From a virus, in IMG/VR virus record IMGVR_UViG_3300028454_000103: a stretch of 31,481 nt of DNA; one strand, given 5' to 3'. The translations under genes were made by a program, and so were the position numbers. Position 1 is the first letter of the stretch. Every line of letters starts with the position of its first letter. Below are positions 15,012-24,173 of the stretch, in pieces. The notes under the pieces are model-generated. The model had not been told where the DNA came from. It searched no databases and saw only the letters and a list, made by a program, of their open reading frames with translations.

Positions 15012-15473
15012 ATGGAGATTACGCAGAGCGAGTTAAGCCAGATCATAACCCAAGCTGTAGCAGCTGGCGTAAGAGAATACAAGCGCCAAGAGAAAGCAGA
15101 ACGGCTAACGCGTGACAGATACCAAGACACGTTTAACCTTATGAAGAGCTACAGGGCTGCGCTATTCAGCACAAAGCAAGAGCCTACAGAGGGCAAGCTA
15201 TTGCAGCAGGCTAAGCTAAGGGTTAACAGGCTTAAGACAGAAATAGCAGTAGAGCATATCGACGCTGCGCTAAAAGAGATAGAGGCAGACAAAGCTAAAG
15301 ACGGCAGGCAGTTAGAGTATGAGGCGTTTAGGCTTTACTTTATCGAGGGGCGCACGTACCAGTACATAGCAGAGGCGCTTAACGTAGGCGAGGCAACACC
15401 GCGCCGCTGGGTAACATCAATAGTGCAAGACCTAAGCGTAATGCTATGGGGGATAGACGACAGCATAATATAA
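15012..15473 (+). CDS. Late-gene transcriptional regulator (sigma-70 region-4-like HTH; ArpU/RinA-type position)
   Basis: EAFRLYFIEGRTYQYIAEALNVGEATPRRWV is a region-4-type HTH. Last gene before the HNH and terminase genes. Confidence 0.65.
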   Translation: MEITQSELSQIITQAVAAGVREYKRQEKAERLTRDRYQDTFNLMKSYRAALFSTKQEPTEGKLLQQAKLRVNRLKTEIAVEHIDAALKEIEADKAKDGRQLEYEAFRLYFIEGRTYQYIAEALNVGEATPRRWVTSIVQDLSVMLWGIDDSII

Positions 15474-15505
15474 CAAGCACATTAAATGGCAGCTGTGATT
15501 TTTTC

Positions 15506-15533
15506 TTGATATTTTTTAGCACTAAAGTATTTT
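15506..15533 (+). promoter_or_regulatory. Weak candidate late promoter (TTGATA - 16 nt - TATTTT)
   Basis: This is the only sigma-70-like arrangement in the 85-bp AT-rich gap before the HNH gene. Confidence 0.3.
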
Positions 15534-15558
15534 ATACAATGTTATTGAGTGAGAGAGT

Positions 15559-15855
15559 ATGAAAGAGTGGGCAAAGGACTTTTACACAAGCAAGAGCTGG
15601 CGGCAATGCAAAGCAGCTTACCTAGTAAGCCAGCAGAATATATGCGAGCGCTGCGGCGACATTGCAAAGGTAGTACACCACAAGAAATACTTAACACCTA
15701 AGAATATCAACGACACGAGCATAACGCTTAACTGGGATAACCTAGAGGCGCTATGCCAAGACTGCCATAACAAAGAACACCACCAGCACACGAGGCGCTA
15801 CAGTTTCGACGCAGACGGCAACGTAATACAAAACGAAAAGAATAAAAAACAATAA
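15559..15855 (+). CDS. HNH endonuclease (terminase-associated)
   Basis: CERCG...VHHKKYL...LEALCQDCHNKEH. Lies immediately upstream of the terminase genes, as in HK97-like cos phages. Confidence 0.9.
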   Translation: MKEWAKDFYTSKSWRQCKAAYLVSQQNICERCGDIAKVVHHKKYLTPKNINDTSITLNWDNLEALCQDCHNKEHHQHTRRYSFDADGNVIQNEKNKKQ

Positions 15856-15895
15856 TATTTTTTAAAAATTCTTTTCGTTTAACCCTACGGTAGAT

Positions 15896-15948
15896 ACTCC
15901 CCCCAGTATTTTAAAAATATTAAGGGGTACAGTAACCGAGGGGGGAAC
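15896..15948. other. G/C-run inverted repeat in the HNH-TerS gap (candidate cos/terminase recognition region)
   Basis: ACTCCCCCC (15896-15904) and GGGGGGAAC (15940-15948) flank an AT-rich palindromic core. Confidence 0.4.
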
Positions 15949-16014
15949 TCTAATTTTACTCCGCAGGCGGGCGCACGCGTAGTGTAGTAGGGGGTGGGGT
16001 AGAGAGGTAAGGAC

Positions 16015-16413
16015 ATGGCAAGAGCGACAGAGAAAAAAACGGCAGCAGCCAAAAAAGCAGCGCCAAAAAAGAAAGAGTTAACCAAAGAAGAGCAGATTAA
16101 GAAAGAGCAGCGCAGACTTAGAGGTATCTTTAAGGACTTAGACGCAAACAAGAAAAAGTTAGTAACGCCGCTAATTGATAAGGCGGCATTTATGAGCATA
16201 GAACTAGACGAGCTGCAGAAAGTCTTAGAGCACGACGGCTGGATAAGCGAGTATAAGAACGGCGAAAACCAGTACGGAACTAAGCGCAGCCCAGAGGCAG
16301 ACACTTATATAGCTTTATCCAAAAATTACGCCGCAGTAATTAAGCAGCTTGTGGACTTAGTACCAGAGCCAAAGCGAAAAGCCAGCAGGCTAGCCGCTTT
16401 AAGAGACGAGTAA
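16015..16413 (+). CDS. Terminase small subunit (P27-family-like)
   Basis: 132 aa with a Lys-rich N-terminus. Position between the HNH gene and TerL. Confidence 0.7.
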   Translation: MARATEKKTAAAKKAAPKKKELTKEEQIKKEQRRLRGIFKDLDANKKKLVTPLIDKAAFMSIELDELQKVLEHDGWISEYKNGENQYGTKRSPEADTYIALSKNYAAVIKQLVDLVPEPKRKASRLAALRDE

Positions 16414-16423
16414 GGCTTAAGGC

Positions 16424-18076
16424 GTGGCAACAGTACACAATTACATTTACGAGTACTACGACCAGATCACACGCGGCGAGGTAGTCGTAGGCGAGTGGAT
16501 AAGGCTAGCATATAAAATGCTGGTTGACGACCTAGAAAAAGGCGCAACCCAGTACAACGCCAAAGCTGTAAACAAGGCTATTAAGTTTATCGAGGAATTT
16601 TGCCACCACAGCAAAGGGCGCAGCGACTTACTAAAGCTAGAGCTTTGGCAAAAGGCAGCAGTAGCCGCTATCTTTGGAATTGTAGACGACAACGGCGTTA
16701 GGATATACCGAGAGGTATTTATAGTTATAGCTCGAAAGAACGGCAAGAGCTTACTAGCTAGCGCGATTATTGCATATATGGCTTACCTAGAGCCAGAGTA
16801 CGGGCAAGAAATTTACTGCCTAGCGCCAAAGCTAGACCAAGCGGCGCTTGTGTACGACGGCTTTTACAAAATGGTACTAGCAGAGCCAGAACTAGAAGAG
16901 CTGGCACAAAAACGCCGCAGTGATATTTACATTGCGGATAATAACACGTTTATTAAGCCTATCGCATTTAACGCACGAAAGAGCGACGGCTTTAACCCGC
17001 AGCTTGTAATATGTGACGAGCTGGCAGCGTGGCAGGGCGACGGCGGGCTTAAGCAGTACGAAGTTATGAAAAGTGCGCTAGGCGCAAGACGGCAGCCGCT
17101 TATACTGGGCATTACCACAGCAGGCTACGTTAACGACGGTATATACGACGAGCTTTTTAAGAGAGCTACAGGCGTGCTTAAGGGCGGCAGCAAAGAGCGC
17201 AGGCTTTTACCGCTGCTATACACCATAGACGACGTAGACAAGTGGAACGACCTAACAGAGCTGCGAAAAGCTAACCCTAACATAAACGTAAGCGTTAGCG
17301 AGGAATTTTTTAAGGACGAAATAGCCGTAGCAGAGACGAGCTTAAGTAAGCGTAGCGAGTTTCTTTGCAAATATTGCAACATCAAACAGAACGCCAGCAC
17401 CGCATTTTTAGACTACGTAGTAGTAGACGGCGCGGCAGCAGACGTAACGCTAGAGGACTTTAGGGGCAGCTATTGCGTAGGCGGCTTAGACCTAAGCCAG
17501 ACTACAGACTTAACAGCAGCTAGCGTGGTAATTGAAAAGAGCGGCATATTATATGCCTTTACTCAATTCTTTATGCCAGCGTCTAGGGTAGAGACATTGC
17601 AGGCTACGGACGGCGTACCTTACGACCTTTTCGTTAAAAAGGGTATCGTAACGCTAAGCGGCGACAACTACGTAGACTATAACGACGTATACAACTGGTT
17701 TATGCAGATCATACGAGACTATGAGCTATACATACTGCAGATAGGCTACGACAGATACAGCGCCAAGTACTTAATAGAGCAGCTAGAGGGCGCGGGGCTG
17801 CATTGCGACGACGTATACCAAGGCGAGAACTTAACGCCAGTTATACGAGAGTTTGAGGGAATTATAAAAGACGGCAACTTTAAAATTGCTAACAATAACT
17901 TGCTTAAGAGCCACTTTTTAAACGTCGCACTTAAGCAGAACATGGAAACAAGAAAGTTTCGACCAGTCAAAATAGAGCAGCGGGCACATATAGACGGCTT
18001 TGTATCAGTTATAGACGCTATGACAGTGCGGCAGAAATGGTACGCAGAAATAGGGCAGCTGCTTAGAAACGAGTAA
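16424..18076 (+). CDS. Terminase large subunit
   Basis: 550 aa. Walker-A-like ARKNGKS, Walker-B-like LVICDE and a C-terminal nuclease region. Confidence 0.92.
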   Translation: MATVHNYIYEYYDQITRGEVVVGEWIRLAYKMLVDDLEKGATQYNAKAVNKAIKFIEEFCHHSKGRSDLLKLELWQKAAVAAIFGIVDDNGVRIYREVFIVIARKNGKSLLASAIIAYMAYLEPEYGQEIYCLAPKLDQAALVYDGFYKMVLAEPELEELAQKRRSDIYIADNNTFIKPIAFNARKSDGFNPQLVICDELAAWQGDGGLKQYEVMKSALGARRQPLILGITTAGYVNDGIYDELFKRATGVLKGGSKERRLLPLLYTIDDVDKWNDLTELRKANPNINVSVSEEFFKDEIAVAETSLSKRSEFLCKYCNIKQNASTAFLDYVVVDGAAADVTLEDFRGSYCVGGLDLSQTTDLTAASVVIEKSGILYAFTQFFMPASRVETLQATDGVPYDLFVKKGIVTLSGDNYVDYNDVYNWFMQIIRDYELYILQIGYDRYSAKYLIEQLEGAGLHCDDVYQGENLTPVIREFEGIIKDGNFKIANNNLLKSHFLNVALKQNMETRKFRPVKIEQRAHIDGFVSVIDAMTVRQKWYAEIGQLLRNE

Positions 18077-18089
18077 GCGAGGTAAAACA

Positions 18090-19319
18090 GTGGGGCTTTT
18101 TGATTATATTTTCAAGAAAAAGAACGAGGCTATTTTAGGCGAGTACTTTAAAATGCTTAACACCTACAGCCCAGTATTTACGACCTACGACGGCGGCGTA
18201 TACGAAATGGACTTAACACGCACAGCTATTAACAGCTTTGCGACACACTGCAGCAAACTTAAGCCAGAAATGAGCGGCAGCGCACATAGAAAGCTACAGA
18301 AAGCGCTAGAGTTTAAGCCTAACTACTTTACGGACACGCCAAAGTTTATAGCTCGTATCGCAACTATACTAGAGTGCGAGCACACTTGCTTTATTGCACC
18401 AGTAGAGGACAAGTACGGCGAGCTGGTAGGCTTTTACCCGCTCTTACCTAGCAGCTGCGAGGTAGTAGACGTAAAAGGGCAGCTATACTTACGCTACACT
18501 TTCTCTAACGGGCAGCGCGGCGCTATTGAGTTTGAGCGCGTGGGCATTATGACAAGCCACCAGTACCGTAACGACCTTTTCGGAGAAAGCAACACAACGC
18601 TTAAGCCTACTATGCAGCTTATGCAGACCAGCAACGAGGGTATTATAAACGCCGTTAAGAATAGCGCTAATATACGTTTCATGGCAAAAATAGCAAACAT
18701 GCTTAAGCCAGAGGACATTAAGAAAGAGCGCGAGCGCTTTACAGAGGACAACTTAAGCGCAGAAAACACTAGCGGCATGATCATATACGACAGCAAGTTT
18801 GCAGACCTTAAGCAAGTAGAGAGCAAGCCGTATACACCAAACGCGCTGCAGACACAGCAGATTAACGAGAATGTCTGCACACACTTTGGCACTAACATGC
18901 ACATACTGCAAAACGACTTTACAGAGGAACAGTGGAACGCCTACTACGAGGGCAAAATAGAGCCGTTTGCAATTCAGTTAAGCATAGTACTTAGTAACAT
19001 GGTTTACACAGAGCGCGAGCTTGCTACTGGCAACATGATTACGTTTAGCGCAAACAGGCTGCAGTATGCGAGCAACGCTACTAAGCTGCAAGTAAGTACG
19101 CAGCTTTTCGACAGGGCGCTAATTAACCGCAATACGGTTATGGATATATGGAACATGCCGCACGTAGAGGACGGCGACAAGTACTACATCAGAAAAGAAT
19201 ACACAGAGGTTACTAAGCTGGATAACGGCAGCAGCGACGACAACGTAGACGTAAACGAGCCTACAGACGAGCCAGCAGAGGACACCACAACACCTACAGA
19301 CGAGGGGGTACAGGAATAA
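18090..19319 (+). CDS. Portal protein (HK97 family)
   Basis: 409 aa with a GTG start after gcgaggt. Lies between TerL and the prohead protease and has an acidic C-terminus. Confidence 0.88.
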   Translation: MGLFDYIFKKKNEAILGEYFKMLNTYSPVFTTYDGGVYEMDLTRTAINSFATHCSKLKPEMSGSAHRKLQKALEFKPNYFTDTPKFIARIATILECEHTCFIAPVEDKYGELVGFYPLLPSSCEVVDVKGQLYLRYTFSNGQRGAIEFERVGIMTSHQYRNDLFGESNTTLKPTMQLMQTSNEGIINAVKNSANIRFMAKIANMLKPEDIKKERERFTEDNLSAENTSGMIIYDSKFADLKQVESKPYTPNALQTQQINENVCTHFGTNMHILQNDFTEEQWNAYYEGKIEPFAIQLSIVLSNMVYTERELATGNMITFSANRLQYASNATKLQVSTQLFDRALINRNTVMDIWNMPHVEDGDKYYIRKEYTEVTKLDNGSSDDNVDVNEPTDEPAEDTTTPTDEGVQE

Positions 19320-19918
19320 TGCCAGTAGTTAAAGAGAGAGAATACAGAGAGCTAGCGCAGCCGCTAGCAGTAAGAAAAAAAGAGGACAGTAACGAGCCTA
19401 GCTACATGGTAGAGGGCTACGCTACTACTTTCGATAAGCCGTACGTGCTTTTTGAGGACTACGACGGCACAAAGTACTACGAACAGATAGACAGGCACGC
19501 GTTAGACAACGCGGACATGTCAGACGTTATTATGCAGTACGACCACAGCGGCAGAGTGTTTGCTAGAAATTCTAACGGCACGCTTAAGCTGGACTTAGAC
19601 GACACAGGCTTTAAGGTTACAGCAGACTTAAGCCGCACAGAACTTGCAAAAGGACTGTACGAGGATATTGCAGCAGGCATGATTACTAAAATGTCGTGGG
19701 CTTTTGTCGTAACAAAAGACGCTTACGACCAGAAAACACGTACACGTACAGTACTAGAGGTTAAGAAAGTATACGACGTTAGCGCGGTATCTATCCCAGC
19801 TAACGACGATACAACTATAGCAGCACGTAACTATGTTAACGGGAGACGGGAACTAGAACAGCGGGAGCAGCTGGCAAAGCGTGTAGCAAAACTTAAGATA
19901 GACACTTTAGGCATTTAA
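19319..19918 (+). CDS. Prohead maturation protease (HK97 / S78 family)
   Basis: YMVEGYATTF...QYDHSG...GMITKMSWAF...VSAVSIPAND follows the HK97 protease pattern. Confidence 0.88.
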   Translation: MPVVKEREYRELAQPLAVRKKEDSNEPSYMVEGYATTFDKPYVLFEDYDGTKYYEQIDRHALDNADMSDVIMQYDHSGRVFARNSNGTLKLDLDDTGFKVTADLSRTELAKGLYEDIAAGMITKMSWAFVVTKDAYDQKTRTRTVLEVKKVYDVSAVSIPANDDTTIAARNYVNGRRELEQREQLAKRVAKLKIDTLGI

Positions 19919-19955
19919 TAACCAGATCACAAAGAAAAATAAGAGAGGTAAAGAC

Positions 19956-21155
19956 ATGAACTTAAAAGAAATCGAGGCACGCATTGCCGAAATTAAGAAC
20001 GAACTCGAAACAAGAGGCGCAGAGCTTTCAGTAGAAGAGAGCAACAAGCTCGTAGACGAGGCAGAGCAGCTTAACGAGCAGCGCAAGGCGCTTGTTGAGG
20101 CAGCAGAAAAGAGAAACGCTGCACTTGCAAACATTGCAGCAGGCGAGGGCAAGACCGTAAGAACTTTCGCAGCACCTAACGGCGCAGCACCAGAGCAGGA
20201 CGACGACAAGTACGGCAGCATGGCATACCGTAAGGCATTTATGCAGTACGTAACCAGAGGCGCTGCTATTCCTGCAGAGTACAGAACAGACGCAAACACA
20301 AAGACAACCGACGTAGGCGCAGTTATCCCTACAACCGTTGTAGACCAGATCATTAGCAAGCTCGAAAACGTAGGCGGCATTTTGGCGCTTGTTACCAAGA
20401 CTGCTTACAAAGGCGGCGTAGCTATCCCTAAGAACTCTGTTAAGCCAGTAGCTACATGGGTAGCAGAGGGCGCAGGCAGCACCAAGCAGAAACTTGCAAC
20501 AGGCAGCATTACTTTTGCATACCACAAGTTACGCTGCGCAGTTTCCGTATCTCTTGAAGTAGACACAATGTCTATTGCAGCTTTCGAGGCTTACTTAGTA
20601 AGAGTAGTCGTAGAGGCTATGACTAAGAAACTCGAAGAGAGCATTATTAAGGGCAGCGGCAGCGGCGAGCCTACAGGAATTATTAACACTGCAGCAGACG
20701 AGGGAGAGAGCATTGCTACTGTTAACGTAGCTGCGCTTTCATACGCTGCACTTTGCGACGCAGAGGGAGAACTCCCAGAAGAGTACGAGGGTAACGCTAA
20801 GTGGTGCATGTCTAAAAAGACCTTTATGGGCTTTATCGGACTTGTAGACGAGAACGGGCAGCCTATTGCACGCGTTAACCACGGCTTAGACGGCAAGGTA
20901 GAGCGCTACTTGCTCGGTAGAGAGGTAGTATGCACACAGCACTTGCCTAGCTTTGCAGCTGCAGAGACTAACGCTAAGTTTGGTTTCCTTTTCGACTTCT
21001 CTAACTACGACCTTAACACTAACTATGCTATGGGCGTTAAGAAGTACGAGGACAACGACACAGACGACCAGATCACAAAGGCTATCATGCTTGCAGACGG
21101 TAAGGTAGTAGACTACTACGGTCTTGTAATCCTTAAGAAGATCGCAAGCGTGTAA
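19956..21155 (+). CDS. Major capsid protein (HK97 fold) with N-terminal coiled-coil delta domain
   Basis: 399 aa. Starts with the MNLKEIEARIAEIKNELE scaffold-like domain. Standard codon-optimised region and synteny. Confidence 0.9.
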   Translation: MNLKEIEARIAEIKNELETRGAELSVEESNKLVDEAEQLNEQRKALVEAAEKRNAALANIAAGEGKTVRTFAAPNGAAPEQDDDKYGSMAYRKAFMQYVTRGAAIPAEYRTDANTKTTDVGAVIPTTVVDQIISKLENVGGILALVTKTAYKGGVAIPKNSVKPVATWVAEGAGSTKQKLATGSITFAYHKLRCAVSVSLEVDTMSIAAFEAYLVRVVVEAMTKKLEESIIKGSGSGEPTGIINTAADEGESIATVNVAALSYAALCDAEGELPEEYEGNAKWCMSKKTFMGFIGLVDENGQPIARVNHGLDGKVERYLLGREVVCTQHLPSFAAAETNAKFGFLFDFSNYDLNTNYAMGVKKYEDNDTDDQITKAIMLADGKVVDYYGLVILKKIASV

Positions 21156-21178
21156 TACCAGAAAGCGAGGGCTAAGTT

Positions 21179-21418
21179 ATGGCAGCAACTAAGAAAGCAG
21201 CAGAAAAGGCAGCTACTAAAGCTGCAGCAGCACCCGTAGCAGAGAAAGAGCAGCCAAAGGCAGCAGCTAAGAAAGCAGCTGCAGCTATCGAGGTAAGAGT
21301 ACGTACGCTTTACTTTGACGTAGCACTTAACCGTATCGTAGCAGAGGGCGAGACTTTCGAGACTAACGAGGAACGCTTAGAACTGCTTAGCGGCTTAGGA
21401 CTGGTAGAGAAAGTATAA
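21179..21418 (+). CDS. Small Ala/Lys-rich protein of unknown function (head-associated position)
   Basis: 79 aa. Low-complexity AAEKAATKAAAAP...KAAAKKAAAA N-terminus. Confidence 0.6.
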   Translation: MAATKKAAEKAATKAAAAPVAEKEQPKAAAKKAAAAIEVRVRTLYFDVALNRIVAEGETFETNEERLELLSGLGLVEKV

Positions 21419-21481
21419 GAGCAACGGGCGGGCGGCTTTCATGGGCTACCCGCCTATAATGCAAGAAAAGAGGGCGCAGAC

Positions 21482-21790
21482 ATGGAAATAACAGTTACAA
21501 CAGAACTAACAGAAAAGGTTAGAAATGCGCTGCGTATCTCTAATACCAGCGAGGCAATAACCGCAGAAATTAACGACACTATACTAGCGTGCTTATACGA
21601 CTTAAGCGCACAGGGCGTAGTTAAGTTAGACCAAGACGACGCGCTTATTATTAGAGCCGTAAAGCTCTATGCCCGTAGCGAGTTTAACTACAACGGGAAA
21701 GCCGAGCAGTTTAGAAACAGCTACGACATGCAGAAAATGAGCTTAGCGCTAGACATTGACTACAACACAGCACAAGAAAGCGAGGGCTAA
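21482..21790 (+). CDS. Head-tail connector (gp6-like)
   Basis: LRISNTSEAITAEINDTILACLYDL...IIRAVKLYARSEF resembles the gp6-like connector family. Synteny supports it. Confidence 0.75.
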   Translation: MEITVTTELTEKVRNALRISNTSEAITAEINDTILACLYDLSAQGVVKLDQDDALIIRAVKLYARSEFNYNGKAEQFRNSYDMQKMSLALDIDYNTAQESEG

Positions 21791-21793
21791 GTT

Positions 21794-22117
21794 ATGGCAA
21801 TGTGGGCACATGAGCTTACGCTTATTACATCAGACGAGCCAGCAGAGAGAACTAACGGAAACGGGTTTCCTAACGCTGGCGAGCCTACAGAGCGTACAGT
21901 TTTTTGCAATAAAAAAAGCGTGGGCTACGCAGAGTACTTTAGCAGCCAGCAGGCAGGACATACAGCCAGCTTAAAAGTGGAGCTGCACAAGGTAGACTAC
22001 GAGGGCGAGCTATTAGTAACGTTAGAGGGCAGACGCTACAGCGTGCTTAAGACATACGAAATAGACGACGACTTAATAGAGCTTACCTTAAGCGACTTGC
22101 GGCAGCAGGCGCAGTAG
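21794..22117 (+). CDS. Head closure / head-tail adaptor protein
   Basis: 107 aa. Supported by synteny and size. Confidence 0.7.
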   Translation: MAMWAHELTLITSDEPAERTNGNGFPNAGEPTERTVFCNKKSVGYAEYFSSQQAGHTASLKVELHKVDYEGELLVTLEGRRYSVLKTYEIDDDLIELTLSDLRQQAQ

Positions 22118-22136
22118 CCCAGAAACGGGGGCTATT

Positions 22137-22616
22137 ATGGCAGAGATTAACACCACAGGGCTAGAGGAATTAAGCGACGCTTTTATGAGGCACGAGGCAG
22201 CAGCCGACAAAGCAGTAGAGGAAATGCTACTAGCAGAGGCAGACGAGTACGTTAAAGCCTACAAGCATGCAGCAGCAGGCTACGGCATAAGAAAGACTGG
22301 CGGCTTTATCGAAAGCATAAAAGCAGGCAGCATAAAGGACGAGGGCACAGCTAAAAGTATCGAAATAATACCAGAGGGGCGCACAGATCATGGCGCGGAC
22401 TATGGCGGCGGCTATTCCAACAAAGGAAACAAGAGAAAAGGCAAAGCGCAAAACGGCAAAGTACGCTACGCCACAATAGGCTATATTTTCGAGTACGGCA
22501 CTAGCACACTTGCAGCGCGCCCGTGGTTAACACAAGGACAGCTACAAGCAGAGCAGCCAGCGTATGAGAAAGCGCAGGAAATATGGGGCAAGTACGTAGA
22601 GGGTACTTTAAGCTAG
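22137..22616 (+). CDS. HK97 gp10-family neck/tail component
   Basis: 159 aa. N-terminal LEELSDAFMRHEAAADKAVEEML pattern and synteny. Confidence 0.7.
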   Translation: MAEINTTGLEELSDAFMRHEAAADKAVEEMLLAEADEYVKAYKHAAAGYGIRKTGGFIESIKAGSIKDEGTAKSIEIIPEGRTDHGADYGGGYSNKGNKRKGKAQNGKVRYATIGYIFEYGTSTLAARPWLTQGQLQAEQPAYEKAQEIWGKYVEGTLS

Positions 22617-22629
22617 AGAGGGGCGCAGC

Positions 22630-22953
22630 ATGAGTAACATTAACGAGATATTAGCCGCTATCTTACCTACAGAGCGGGTAATTTACACAGGAAAAGACAA
22701 GCCACGCACCTACTGCACTTTTCAGAGAGTGCTAGAAAACGCGGCGCTAAGTGCAGACGACGACGAGAAAGCAGGGCAGATTACCTACAGGGTAACGCTC
22801 TTTAGCAAGACCGACTACGAAAGCACCTTAGAGACTATAAAGGCAGCGCTTAAGGCAGCGGGCTTTTATATAAACGCCGTAGAGGGCGAGGACTACGAGA
22901 CAGACACAGGGTATTACAAAATACCTATTACAGTACAAACTATCAAAAGTTAA
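22630..22953 (+). CDS. Tail completion / tail terminator protein (by position)
   Basis: 107 aa, directly upstream of the major tail protein. Confidence 0.55.
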   Translation: MSNINEILAAILPTERVIYTGKDKPRTYCTFQRVLENAALSADDDEKAGQITYRVTLFSKTDYESTLETIKAALKAAGFYINAVEGEDYETDTGYYKIPITVQTIKS

Positions 22954-22968
22954 GAGAGGTAAAAGACC

Positions 22969-23526
22969 ATGACTACAGGATTAAAAGACCTTTACTTTGC
23001 ACCTATCACAATGACAGACGGGCAGGAAGTTTGGGGCACACCCGCTAAGCTCGCAGAGGCAATTACTGCAGACCTTAGCGTAAACGTAGCAGAGGCTACA
23101 CTTTACGCAGACGACGCGCTTAACCAGTCTGTTAAGGAATTTACCAGCGGCACTATTAAGCTGGGCGTTGCAGACCTTGACGCAGAGACACTGGCAAGCG
23201 TTTTAGGACAGGCAACAGACGCAGCAGGCATTACATGGGCAAGCGGCGACGACGTAGCGCCTTATGTAGCAGTAGGCTTTAGAGCTGCTAAGATTAACGG
23301 CATTTACCGTTATATCTGGCTGCAGAAAGTGCAGTTTAAAATCCCTAGCGAGAGCTTTGAGACTAAGGGCGAGAGCATTAGCTTTAAGACACCAGAAATC
23401 GAGGGCACTTTTATGAAAGCCATTAAAAACGGCATGTGGAAAGCAGACTATACAGGACTGCCTACAAGCGCCGTAGCTGCTAGCTGGTTTACATCAGTTA
23501 AGACAGAAAAGGTAACAAGCGCCTAA
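22969..23526 (+). CDS. Major tail protein (phi13-family-like); no sheath gene, so a non-contractile tail
   Basis: MTTGLKDLYFAPIT... N-terminus. Followed by a hairpin, the chaperone and the tape measure gene. Confidence 0.8.
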   Translation: MTTGLKDLYFAPITMTDGQEVWGTPAKLAEAITADLSVNVAEATLYADDALNQSVKEFTSGTIKLGVADLDAETLASVLGQATDAAGITWASGDDVAPYVAVGFRAAKINGIYRYIWLQKVQFKIPSESFETKGESISFKTPEIEGTFMKAIKNGMWKADYTGLPTSAVAASWFTSVKTEKVTSA

Positions 23527-23555
23527 CAGTTAACCAGATCATAAGAAAGGTAAAG

Positions 23556-23582
23556 AGGGCGCAGTAATGATAGCTGCGCCCT
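23556..23582 (+). terminator. 9-bp GC-rich hairpin after the major tail gene (weak or partial terminator)
   Basis: AGGGCGCAG / CTGCGCCCT with a 9-nt loop. Only TTT follows. Confidence 0.45.
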
Positions 23583-23598
23583 TTATAGGTAAAAGAAA

Positions 23599-23985
23599 AT
23601 GAGTGCAATTAAAGATGGTAGATACGAAATAGAACTTAACGGCAAAAAGTACTATATGCTTTTTAGCCTTAACGCATTGGACGAGATACAAGACCGTTTC
23701 GGCGGCTATGACAAGCTCGATACTGCAATGTCAGAGGGTAAAGACATGATTAAAAATATTCGTTGGCTTTTTACCCTGCTTTTAAATGAGGGCAGAGCAG
23801 AGGACGAGCCAGAGCTTACAGAGCAGCAAGTAGGTAGGCTTATCCATGTGGGAAACCTTGCAGAGATTAAGGGCGCTATTTTTAACGCTTTCGCTTTCGG
23901 CGCAACAGGCGGCGAGGAAACAGAGACAGAGGAAACAGCAGGCGAGGGCGACGCGGGAAACATGACGAGCGCGCAGGAAAATTAG
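23599..23985 (+). CDS. Tail assembly chaperone (gpG analogue)
   Basis: 128 aa with an acidic C-terminus. Lies immediately upstream of the tape measure gene. Confidence 0.8.
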   Translation: MSAIKDGRYEIELNGKKYYMLFSLNALDEIQDRFGGYDKLDTAMSEGKDMIKNIRWLFTLLLNEGRAEDEPELTEQQVGRLIHVGNLAEIKGAIFNAFAFGATGGEETETEETAGEGDAGNMTSAQEN

Positions 23986-24173
23986 ACACTGCGCGCCTTA
24001 TTTACATTGCAATAGTTATGCTGCGCTTACCAGAGCGCGAGGCATGGAAAAAAACGCCGTACCAGATCATGCGACTATTTAGGCTGCATAAAGAATATAA
24101 CGGCATGAACACAACGACAGCCACCAAAGGCGAACAACTAGCGCCTATAGACATAGCACTAGGGGGCTTTTAA
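23599..24173 (+). CDS. Tail assembly chaperone -1 frameshift product (gpGT analogue)
   Basis: The -1 frame is open from 23886 to the TAA at 24171-24173, which abuts the tape measure ATG at 24174. The slippery heptamer lies within the overlap. Confidence 0.65.
23955..23961 (+). promoter_or_regulatory. Candidate -1 programmed frameshift site G GGA AAC
   Basis: X XXY YYZ heptamer in the zero frame of the chaperone gene (codons gcG GGA AAC). Compare lambda G GGA AAG. Confidence 0.6.

Noticed and set aside
15885-16304. 139-aa minus-strand ORF
   Set aside because: It overlaps the terminase small subunit gene and the candidate cos region in antisense. It breaks the otherwise uninterrupted + strand late operon.
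19907-20525. Two overlapping minus-strand ORFs (163 and 165 aa)
   Set aside because: Both are antisense to the well-supported major capsid gene. They are Cys/Ser/Ala-rich nonsense-like sequence with no RBS.
21419-21460. GC hairpin after the 79-aa head-module gene as a terminator
   Set aside because: It has only a 6-bp stem (GGCGGG/CCCGCC) with a 16-nt loop and no T-run, so it is too weak to call.
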